A stretch of DNA of 60,982 bases from a virus (IMGVR_UViG_3300027749_003742:1-60982), one strand, 5' to 3'; positions 51,152 through 58,820 are shown, counted from the first letter of the stretch. A program made the numbers and translations. The notes: generated by a model from the letters alone, not told the origin.

Positions 51152-51221
51152 TGCGTGGCTCATTGGAGAAGAGTTATTTCTCATAAGGATGACCAGGTGG
51201 GTTCGACTCCCATACACGCAA
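51152..51221 (+). tRNA. Degenerate tRNA with CAU anticodon (Met/Ile2)
   Basis: CTCATAA loop, intact T-arm; about 3 nt missing between acceptor and D stems. Confidence 0.55.
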
Positions 51222-51271
51222 CGACAAAAAAAAGTTTGGTAATATAAAATAAATTACTAACTTTGTCAAAC

Positions 51272-51343
51272 AGTTCCTTAGCTCAACGGTAGAGCACTTG
51301 TCTTACATACAAGAAGTTGCGGGTTCGATTCCCTCAGGAACTA
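51272..51343 (+). tRNA. tRNA-Val(UAC)
   Basis: CTTGT-CTTACAT-ACAAG. Confidence 0.9.
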
Positions 51344-51349
51344 CAATAA

Positions 51350-51422
51350 GGACCTCAAGCTAACTTAGTAGAAGCGTTGGACTGAAAATCCAAAGGACTT
51401 GGAGCGTAACCAAGGGGGTCCA
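51350..51422 (+). tRNA. tRNA-Phe(GAA) with atypical T and D loops
   Basis: TTGGA-CTGAAAA-TCCAA; T-loop AGCGTAA. Confidence 0.8.
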
Positions 51423-51502
51423 CGGAGGCCTGAAATAACAGGACACCCCCACTCCCATATGGCAGTCAGTCCGTTAACCTGATGAAGTGGGGTTTTTTAA
51501 AT

Positions 51503-51577
51503 GGAGTGTATAGTGTCAGTGGTTGAGCACGTTAGTTTGTGGTACTAATAGGGTGAGTTCGAATCTCACTATACTCC
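51503..51577 (+). tRNA. tRNA-His(GUG)
   Basis: G-1:C73; TTAGT-TTGTGGT-ACTAA. Confidence 0.9.
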
Positions 51578-51729
51578 CAAAAGTCGGGACGCTACGGTCG
51601 TAAATTCTGCAGAATGAGAAGACGAAAAGCCTAAGCACGCAGATGAGCTCGCGTTGACGACTATAAAATTGGATGTGGGGTTTGTTAGTAAAACAAGTTA
51701 CTTATCAATTAATGTGTATATTTATTAAT

Positions 51730-52314
51730 ATGAGAAAAGAAAAATACACCAAAGAATTGTTAGAAAAACTTGTTTCAGAATCCGAAACTTTTTCTGACTT
51801 GGTTAGGAAACTAACCTTAAAAACAAAGGTTCATGGTAACATGGTCGCCTATATAAAAAAAAAGTTGATTGAATTAGGTATTAATTTTGACCATTTTAAA
51901 GGAAGGAGTTGGTCAAAAGGTAAATCAAATTCTACGGGTACTGCGTTAACTAAAGAAGAATTTAGTGAGTTTTATTTATCTAAGAACGCAAAAAAATATA
52001 CAGGTAGTAATAATATTAAAAAATACTTGTTTAAGTTTGGTTTAAAAGAGAATAAATGTGAGGTATGTGGTATTGGCGAATATTGGAATGGGTTACCAAT
52101 CTCAAATCAATTAGACCATATTGATGGGGATAATCAGAATAACGAAATAAATAATTTACGAATTTTATGCCCTAATTGTCATAGTCAAACTAAAACTTTC
52201 GCAGGTAGAAATGTAAAAACGGAAGGCGCCCGAATGGACGAGGACACCGCCTTGAAAGCGGCTGAGTGTAAAAGCTTTGGGGGTTCGATTCCCTCGTCTT
52301 CCGCAAAAAAATAA
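51730..52314 (+). mobile_element. HNH homing endonuclease (ORF runs through tRNA-Ser)
   Basis: CEVCG..LDHIDGDNQNN..NLRILCPNCHSQT. Confidence 0.88.
52221..52303 (+). tRNA. tRNA-Ser(UGA)
   Basis: CCGC-CTTGAAA-GCGG, long variable arm, G73. Confidence 0.88.
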
Positions 52315-52318
52315 AATT

Positions 52319-52741
52319 ATGAAAACAAAAGAAGAGGCAAAACTTGATTTTGAAATGACTGTCAAACGTCTTAGAGAAGAACGAGAGATTAAACGAAAGG
52401 AGTATTGGAATGATTTGAAACCCTTCAATGAACCAAACGACATTCCTGAAATCCCAAGGGTGGATGAAAAAGAGTATAAAGAGTTCTACATCCCAAGATT
52501 AATTAAGGCGGGAGCAATCCCAAAGAAAGACTTAATTCACGGTCAGGTTTATATTGGGGACCACAGGAACACAGATATTGCAAGATGGAATCAGGAAACA
52601 AACAAATTTGACCACATGAGATATAAGTTTGGTTGGATGGAAGATGACTGTAATCATTTTGAAGATGACGATGGATTTGCATTATTTGTTCCGATTAAAT
52701 TAGGAACTGAAGAAGATTGGACTAACAGATTAACAAAATAA
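52319..52741 (+). CDS. Hypothetical protein
   Basis: ORF. Confidence 0.65.
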   Translation: MKTKEEAKLDFEMTVKRLREEREIKRKEYWNDLKPFNEPNDIPEIPRVDEKEYKEFYIPRLIKAGAIPKKDLIHGQVYIGDHRNTDIARWNQETNKFDHMRYKFGWMEDDCNHFEDDDGFALFVPIKLGTEEDWTNRLTK

Positions 52742-52745
52742 AAAC

Positions 52746-52952
52746 ATGACAAAAAAAATAACTCAGTCCCTTAAAGACCAACAAATTTCAGAACCTGAAA
52801 TAATCGATTTAATTAGTTCTTACCGAAAAATGGTAAAGGCAGGAATCCTAAAAGAAAAAGGGTTTGTTAAACTTTTAATTAAACTGGGAATTGACCGACC
52901 AAGTGATAACCAATTCATCCTTGATGAGAATAAGGTATATACGCTTAAGTAA
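52746..52952 (+). CDS. Hypothetical protein
   Basis: ORF. Confidence 0.55.
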   Translation: MTKKITQSLKDQQISEPEIIDLISSYRKMVKAGILKEKGFVKLLIKLGIDRPSDNQFILDENKVYTLK

Positions 52953-52957
52953 AAAAC

Positions 52958-53030
52958 AGTCTCTTGGTGTAACGGATTAGCACCTATCGTTACGGCCGAT
53001 AAAGTTTGGGTTCGAATCCCAAGGAGACTA
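52958..53030 (+). tRNA. tRNA-Arg(ACG)
   Basis: TATCG-TTACGGC-CGATA. Confidence 0.9.
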
Positions 53031-53070
53031 CAACATCCGATGTGTGTTCCCGAGCTAGGTCGGGATAAAT

Positions 53071-53158
53071 GGAGAATAGAGGAGGGAAATGGTGTCCCCG
53101 ATTGTTTGCTAAACAATAACCCATTAAGTTGGGCGTGGTTCGAGTCCACTGTTCTCCG
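53071..53158 (+). tRNA. tRNA-Ser(GCU), 8/4-type cloverleaf
   Basis: ATTGT-TTGCTAA-ACAAT; 8-bp acceptor stem, 4-bp T-stem. Confidence 0.8.
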
Positions 53159-53165
53159 CAACAAT

Positions 53166-53238
53166 GGTTCTGTAGTTCAATTGGAAGAACAAAGTCCTTC
53201 TAAGGATGGTCAAGTGGGTTCGAATCCCTCCAGAATCA
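53166..53238 (+). tRNA. Second tRNA-Arg(UCU) with irregular anticodon stem
   Basis: CTTCTAA loop, A20; anticodon stem mispaired. Confidence 0.6.
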
Positions 53239-53248
53239 CTAAAATAAA

Positions 53249-53320
53249 CGGGGTGTAGTCTTGAGGAGAGACGCTTGGTTTGGGACCAAGAGGCGGCGGG
53301 TTCGACTCCCGCCACCCCGA
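53249..53320 (+). tRNA. tRNA-Pro(UGG)
   Basis: CTTGG-TTTGGGA-CCAAG. Confidence 0.92.
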
Positions 53321-53389
53321 CAAAAAATTTAGTAAAACAGAACGATATATACCAAAAAATGGTTACTTTTGTTCAATAAAACTAAACAT

Positions 53390-53462
53390 TGTGATGTGTC
53401 CGAGCGGCTTAGGAACTATCCTGATACGATAGTCTACGTGGGTTCGAGTCCCACCGTCACAA
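53390..53462 (+). tRNA. tRNA-Ile(GAU)
   Basis: CTATC-CTGATAC-GATAG. Confidence 0.9.
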
Positions 53463-53511
53463 CCTTGGGTCGTTTTTGTACTTTAATGATATTTATTATT
53501 AAAGTACAATT

Positions 53512-54156
53512 ATGGCAAGAAAAGAAAAAAAATATCATTACATTTACAAGACCACAAATATTAAAAATGGAAAATATTATATCGGAATGCACAGTACTGA
53601 TAATCTTGAAGATGGTTATATGGGGTCTGGTAAAAGATTGAGACGTTCTTTGAAGAAATACGGTAAACAAAATTTTAAGTCTGAAATCTTGGAATTTTTA
53701 CCAAATAGGGTATCTTTAATCGAAAAAGAAAAAGAATTGATAAATGAGAAACTATTAAAAGATTCATTATCAATGAATATTAAAAAGGGTGGTGAAGGTG
53801 GTTTTGTTAACAACGAACATAAAATTAAATTTATTAATGAGGCGGTAAAGATGTTTAACATTAATAAGGAGAAAATGGTTGAGAGGAAAAAATGGTTGTG
53901 GGATAATGATAAAGAATGGCGTGATAATTTTAGTAAAAAACTAAGTAATAGTAAAATAGGTAATATCAGTTGGACTGGATTACATCATACTGAAGAAACA
54001 AAAAGAAAAATATCGAAAAAAAATTCAATAAATCAAAAAGGTGAAAACAATTCCCAATTTGGGACTCGTTGGGTTACAAATGGAAAAGAGAATACAAAAA
54101 TTAAAAAAGAAGAAACAATTCCTAATGGATGGAGATTGGGAAGAAAATTGATATAG
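53512..54156 (+). mobile_element. GIY-YIG (Seg-like) homing endonuclease with NUMOD3
   Basis: YIYKTTN..GKYYIGMH..YMGSG; HTEETKRKIS. Confidence 0.9.
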
Positions 54157-54161
54157 AATGT

Positions 54162-54230
54162 AAGTCTATGGTGAAACGGTTTATCGTCTATGTATACAAA
54201 ACCAAGGTTTCAGCTTCAAATCCTGATTAC
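54162..54230 (+). pseudogene. Decayed tRNA remnant
   Basis: D-arm-like GGTGAAACGGTTTATC and T-arm-like TCAG-CTTCAAAT-CCTGA; no valid anticodon arm. Confidence 0.4.
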
Positions 54231-54301
54231 TCCTTCATAGCTTACTGGTAAAGCTTACGACTTTTAATCGTAAGACCCAAGTTCGATTCTTGGTGGGGGA
54301 A
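54231..54301 (+). tRNA. tRNA-Lys(UUU)
   Basis: TACGA-CTTTTAA-TCGTA. Confidence 0.9.
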
Positions 54302-54305
54302 CAAT

Positions 54306-54377
54306 GGTCACATGGCCGAGTGGCTTAGGTGATGGTCTGCAAAACCATCCACGTAGGTTCGAATCCTACTGTGACCT
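54306..54377 (+). tRNA. tRNA-Cys(GCA)
   Basis: ATGGT-CTGCAAA-ACCAT; U73. Confidence 0.93.
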
Positions 54378-54388
54378 CAAACAAATAC

Positions 54389-54461
54389 GCGTCTTTGGTG
54401 TAACGGCTTAGCATAAGTGACTCCAAATCTCTTGGTCAGGGTTCGAATCCCTGGGGACGCG
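54389..54461 (+). tRNA. tRNA-Trp(CCA)
   Basis: CTCCAAA loop; G73. Confidence 0.9.
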
Positions 54462-54469
54462 CAATTATT

Positions 54470-54541
54470 GGCTTGGTAGCTCAGAGGAAGAGCATTCGTT
54501 TGTTAAGCGAGAGGTCGGGATATTTTAATTCCTCCAATCCG
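54470..54541 (+). tRNA. tRNA-Asn(GUU) with degenerate T-loop
   Basis: TTCGT-TTGTTAA-GCGAG; T-loop ATTTTAA. Confidence 0.65.
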
Positions 54542-54618
54542 TAATTATTTTAAGAAAAATGTTGTGGGTATTAAAATTAGTTGTATATTTGTAAAACAAA
54601 CAAACTAAAACATATACC

Positions 54619-55065
54619 ATGACAAACACAATCATCAACGTAACAACAGGAACATTAGCAGGAGATACTTTCTACGGAAACTTTAACACTACCATCAAAG
54701 GTAAAAGAGAATCTGTTATGGTGTCTAACCATATCAAGGATTTGAATAAAGAATACGAATTCCGTATCGCAAACAAATGTCAGGCAGGATTTATTAATAT
54801 CCACGACACTAAAGGAACTGCGGAAGGAGTTATCCGTGGGTACAGTAAGAACTCATTGGCTAACATTCAAGTTAAGAATGAGTTCGGTCATTGGGTGAAC
54901 GTATACACCACCAAAGGTGGTAAATGGTACTCAATTGACAAAGGGTTCATGGATGTATTGACTGTTGGGACAATGAGAGAGTCTTTCCCTGTTATGTGTG
55001 ACATGGAAATTTGGACTAAATTTGGAGCAAAAACTTGGGCGGACAAGGCGTTCGTCCAAAATTAA
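54619..55065 (+). CDS. Hypothetical protein
   Basis: ORF behind TATATTTG. Confidence 0.7.
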   Translation: MTNTIINVTTGTLAGDTFYGNFNTTIKGKRESVMVSNHIKDLNKEYEFRIANKCQAGFINIHDTKGTAEGVIRGYSKNSLANIQVKNEFGHWVNVYTTKGGKWYSIDKGFMDVLTVGTMRESFPVMCDMEIWTKFGAKTWADKAFVQN

Positions 55066-55071
55066 AAAAAT

Positions 55072-55159
55072 AGTCAGGTGGCGGAATTGGTTAGACGTAA
55101 CCAATAGGAAAGCAATCAGCAACAACTGGTTTACACAGGTTCGAATCCTGTCCTGACTA
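55072..55159 (+). ncRNA. tRNA-scaffold RNA 1 (no canonical anticodon loop)
   Basis: AGTCAGG/CCTGACT acceptor, Leu-type D arm, perfect T arm; 23-nt loop in place of the anticodon loop. Confidence 0.7.
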
Positions 55160-55319
55160 CAAGTAGCCCGAAGTACAAGGGACCGAAGATGGAGATTACA
55201 GACATAGGTTGAAATAAAAAATACCTTCGGGTACATCTATGTAATGGCGTGGACGCTCCCCGAATCGTGGGTCGGCATAGTTTGTGTGTTCTAGGGGTAT
55301 TTGAAAAACACACATTTTT

Positions 55320-55449
55320 AGTCAGGTGGCGGAATGGTAGACGCTACATAGATAGTCAACTACAACAATAATAAAAATGGGTTGCTCCATATAATAAGAA
55401 TTGCTCTGTCGCAGAGGTTGATATACAGGTTCGAGTCCTGTCCTGACTA
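55320..55449 (+). ncRNA. tRNA-scaffold RNA 2
   Basis: Same acceptor and T stems as 55072 with an unrelated insert of about 80 nt. Confidence 0.7.
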
Positions 55450-55590
55450 CAAAGGTTGATTGGGGAATGGTGATACCTATGACACGAGAGTGTGTGTCGG
55501 TCGGTATCATCGGAGTTTGCAGGTACACACCGAAGTAACGCCAATCGTAAAAGAGGATGTCCACTGAACCATCTTCCTCTTTCCTAACTT

Positions 55591-55670
55591 GGGAGTGTTG
55601 AGCAACGGTTGCTTAGCTGACTGTAAATCAGTGGTCTACGACATTGGGGGTTCGAATCCCTCCACTCCCA
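55591..55670 (+). tRNA. tRNA-Tyr(GUA)
   Basis: GCTGA-CTGTAAA-TCAGT; variable arm. Confidence 0.92.
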
Positions 55671-55948
55671 CTAACTTTTAAACTAATAGTCTTCGAAAAT
55701 AGTAATTTTATTAAAACAGATAACATTGATGGTCAATGGTTATCTCCCATTCCTTCTGAGAGAGAATGGCAAGAACAAAAATTGGTTGAGATATTTGGGC
55801 ATTACCCAAATGCAAGTCCAAGATGGCAATACTTAAATGCGTTAATTTTAAGTGCTTTGGAACATATTGAGCAGAATAAAGAATAAGAAGTGTTAGAGAC
55901 CACGCATTTTAAGATTTACAACTATTTATTTTAATATAGAATAATAGT

Positions 55949-57343
55949 ATGAATTTTAAACAAATATTAATTGCTGAGTCCGAGAAGAAACGTATCAGGG
56001 AAATGTATGGAATATTAACAGAACAATATTTCAAAGCTCCTAATGGTGGTACGGGTCAAGTAGTTAATAAATATCCTGCGGGTTATTATTCGTTAAGTGG
56101 TACGGATAAATCAGGTACCGCATATGACAACACAACCAATTTACAAAAAATTATCGATAACGCCAAAGAGTTTTTAACGGCTAATAAAGGTTATATCCCA
56201 AGAATTGTTATTAATGCGGGTGAATCTATTAACCCTAATTACGATACTGAAGGTGGTACGGGAGTTAAAAGTTCAGGATGGTTGTCTCAAAAAAGAAAAG
56301 ACAAAATTGAGGTATATATTAAACAACAATTAAAAGATTTAGTCGATAAAAAACTTATCTCAAAGTATCCCGAGGTTATTTTATATTTTGATGAGGCGAA
56401 AACATTAACAATACCATCAGGTGGGTGGGACGATTATCGAACATGGAAAAAATCTACCGACCAAGAAAAAAAGGTAAACCCTAAAAACGCCGAATATATT
56501 AAGTTAAAAACTGGCTACGATACCGACCAATTTACTAAAATAAATTTTAAAATTGTTCCTGATTTTGGGGATAATCAATGTTCATTTAATGTTAAAATTG
56601 GGGTACACTATGATGATTTAAGTATTGGTCATAGATGTAACACTGCAAGGTTTGAAATCTTGGCAAACGGTGTACAATTAACGACAGGTGGTGGAACAAC
56701 ATGTGGGTCAGGATTACGATATGCCGATATGAATAATGGTGGTGGTAGTTTAGATTGTAAATCAGGCGATATTGGTGGACAAAGAATGAATTATTTCCAA
56801 TTAAATAATAAGTCCGTGGTTGATAAAATTATAGCAGCGTCTCCCGATAAAAACACTATAAAAATAACTATGAGATGTACGTCAACAGGATTTAACGACC
56901 CTACTGGTAGATGTCATCAAGATGTTCCACATGTTACGGTTCACAATACTGATGGTAAAGTAACTGTTGACACATACCCTAGAATAAACGATGACGCCCT
57001 AATAACTATTGATAAATGTGGTAATAAAATTTCAGGTGGAGGGGGAGTACCAACAAAAAGTAAAGACGCAGCATCGGGAACGACAACGACACCTAATACC
57101 CCAACGACAACAACTACAGGTCAGAAAATAAATTTTGCCGCACCTGCAACAGGAACATTAACTTCAGACCAAGCAATCCTTAACAAACTAAGTAGTGGTG
57201 AGGTTAAGAAAAATACCGATAATACTTATTCAGTTTTGAAAACGTTTGCGTACAACGGTATTACTTATAAAGTCGGAGATACTATTGTAAAAATATTACC
57301 AAAGGGGAGTACTGTGACAACGACAACGACAACAATTAAATAA
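55949..57343 (+). CDS. Large putative virion protein, Cys/Thr-rich C-terminus
   Basis: TATTTAT upstream; LIAESEKKRIREMYGILTEQ leader. Confidence 0.65.
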   Translation: MNFKQILIAESEKKRIREMYGILTEQYFKAPNGGTGQVVNKYPAGYYSLSGTDKSGTAYDNTTNLQKIIDNAKEFLTANKGYIPRIVINAGESINPNYDTEGGTGVKSSGWLSQKRKDKIEVYIKQQLKDLVDKKLISKYPEVILYFDEAKTLTIPSGGWDDYRTWKKSTDQEKKVNPKNAEYIKLKTGYDTDQFTKINFKIVPDFGDNQCSFNVKIGVHYDDLSIGHRCNTARFEILANGVQLTTGGGTTCGSGLRYADMNNGGGSLDCKSGDIGGQRMNYFQLNNKSVVDKIIAASPDKNTIKITMRCTSTGFNDPTGRCHQDVPHVTVHNTDGKVTVDTYPRINDDALITIDKCGNKISGGGGVPTKSKDAASGTTTTPNTPTTTTTGQKINFAAPATGTLTSDQAILNKLSSGEVKKNTDNTYSVLKTFAYNGITYKVGDTIVKILPKGSTVTTTTTTIK

Positions 57344-57364
57344 AAAATGGGGTTACCCCCACTT

Positions 57365-57760
57365 CTATTCAACCTTACCGTAGTAATTGTATGAGGTTTT
57401 ATCATCCTCAACAATAACCGTAATTGTTGTATTATCAACACATGGTGATGTAAAATAAGTAACTACGTATGATTTTTTAGTACTTTCTTCTACTGAGTAA
57501 AAAGAATTAACACCAGGGTTAGCGTTTTTCTTACCCAATAAAGTATAAACCATATCACCATTTTTATGTTTAATAACCAAAGAATCTTGGTAGATTAAAA
57601 TTGTTGGTGATACTACCAATATAGAATCAGACCAAGTAGAAGTACTGTCAGTTATTGAATGACCAACCTCTAACGATTTGATATTTACTTTATAGATGTC
57701 TTGAGACAAGCAAAAGATTGTTGTTAAAGACAATAACGATGTGACGATTAATTTTTTCAT
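57365..57760 (-). CDS. Exported hypothetical protein
   Basis: Signal peptide ending CLS-Q; TATCTTTG upstream. Confidence 0.65.
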   Translation of the reverse strand: MKKLIVTSLLSLTTIFCLSQDIYKVNIKSLEVGHSITDSTSTWSDSILVVSPTILIYQDSLVIKHKNGDMVYTLLGKKNANPGVNSFYSVEESTKKSYVVTYFTSPCVDNTTITVIVEDDKTSYNYYGKVE

Positions 57761-57878
57761 ATCTTTTTATTTATACCACAAAGATAGAATAAAGTTCCGA
57801 TAAAAAAAAATTTTTATCAAAAAACTTGACACTTTCCAAAAGTGACATATATTTAATTAAAAACAGACAATACTGCAA

Positions 57879-57947
57879 ATGAAAAATTTAAATACAATAC
57901 TATTAGGCGGGACTGAGGCGGATACGACTCGGACGGAGATGGTATGA
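57879..57947 (+). CDS. Putative attenuator leader peptide 2 (22 aa)
   Basis: MKNLNTILLGGTEADTTRTEMV; contains GGAGATGG antiterminator strand. Confidence 0.75.
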   Translation: MKNLNTILLGGTEADTTRTEMV

Positions 57948-57972
57948 TATTTAGTATAATAAAACTTAATTG

Positions 57973-58002
57973 AACCCATCTCCAAAAAAGATGGGTTTTT
58001 TT
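57973..58002 (+). terminator. Attenuator terminator 2
   Basis: AACCCATCT-CCAAAAA-AGATGGGTT-TTTTT. Confidence 0.85.
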
Positions 58003-58081
58003 ATGTCTATTATTTTGTAATAACAATTATTTGTAGTAGATTTGTAATGTTCTTTGACATATTGGTTTGAAAAAAAAATAC

Positions 58082-58154
58082 GGCTCCATGGTTGAATGGC
58101 TACAATACCACCCTGTCACGGTGCGTGGTACGGGTTCGAATCCCGTTGGGGCCG
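58082..58154 (+). tRNA. tRNA-Asp(GUC)
   Basis: CACC-CTGTCAC-GGTG; G73. Confidence 0.9.
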
Positions 58155-58178
58155 CTTATTAACAAAATGGTTGTATTT

Positions 58179-58322
58179 ATGAGGATGAAAAAAATTAGTT
58201 TATTCCTGATTGTGTTGTTCACATTAATATCAGGATGTCAGTCAGACCCTAAATTCCGTAATTCGGAATTCACTAGGAAACCTGCACAGTATAATTCAAA
58301 TTACTCCTCGAAATACAGATAA
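58179..58322 (+). CDS. Small lipoprotein
   Basis: MRMKKISLFLIVLFTLISGC lipobox. Confidence 0.55.
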   Translation: MRMKKISLFLIVLFTLISGCQSDPKFRNSEFTRKPAQYNSNYSSKYR

Positions 58323-58329
58323 GGCATAT

Positions 58330-58406
58330 CGCAGGTTATGGAAGTGGTCTATCCGTCAGGTCTCATAAGCCAGAAATCGGGGGTTCGAATCCCTCACCTG
58401 CTACCA
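58330..58406 (+). tRNA. tRNA-Met(CAU), initiator-like
   Basis: C1:U72 mismatch; CTCATAA loop; CCA; lacks the three consecutive G-C anticodon pairs. Confidence 0.8.
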
Positions 58407-58409
58407 AAT

Positions 58410-58488
58410 GGGGGTGCATGTACCAAGGCTTTGGCGATGTCGATTTGCAATCAACGTGAGGTGGGTTCGATTCCCATCATCTCCACCA
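58410..58488 (+). tRNA. tRNA-Ala(UGC) with atypical D arm
   Basis: G3:U70; TTTGCAA loop; CCA. Confidence 0.85.
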
Positions 58489-58509
58489 AATAAACAAGTA
58501 AAATGAAGA

Positions 58510-58662
58510 ATGATGAAAGAAGTTTTATCGGGAACTTTCAAGTCGTCTAAAAAAGAATTTATTAAGGTAAATCAAGAAGATAATCTGATTGAAAGTTTGA
58601 AAAAAACGCTGAAAAGAACAAAGTACAGGTTCAGAGTGAGGAGCGGGTCTCACAAAAAGTAA
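58510..58662 (+). CDS. Small basic protein (not in ORF track)
   Basis: 50-aa ORF whose 3' end overlaps a structured element. Confidence 0.4.
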   Translation: MMKEVLSGTFKSSKKEFIKVNQEDNLIESLKKTLKRTKYRFRVRSGSHKK

Positions 58663-58744
58663 ATGGTGTCTTGGTCCGCTCTGAATGGTGACATTTAACG
58701 ACAAGGTCTCGGTGGACAGAACGCGTCTGATTCCACCCAAATTT

Positions 58745-58820
58745 GCGGGTATCGTATAATGGATTATTACTTTAGACTTCCAATCTAAAGATGTGAGTTC
58801 GATTCTCACTACCCGCTCCA
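58745..58820 (+). tRNA. tRNA-Gly(UCC)
   Basis: TTAGA-CTTCCAA-TCTAA; U73; CCA. Confidence 0.93.

Noticed and set aside
51477-51490. Hammerhead ribozyme (CTGATGA)
   Set aside because: No correctly placed stem II-GAAA and cleavage triplet
51625-51640. Pistol ribozyme (AAGCCTAAGC)
   Set aside because: No upstream complementary loop for the pseudoknot
51671-51712. Ochre-suppressor-like tRNA fragment
   Set aside because: No T arm or 3' acceptor strand; at most a remnant
53166-53238. Amber suppressor tRNA (CUA) or TAG recoding
   Set aside because: CUA would need a 6-nt loop. CTTCTAA with A20 fits Arg(UCU). Genes are unbroken in code 11 and several end in TAG (13173, 25944, 35356).
55072-55449. 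CRISPR array
   Set aside because: Only two copies, which fold as tRNA arms; no regular spacers and no cas genes
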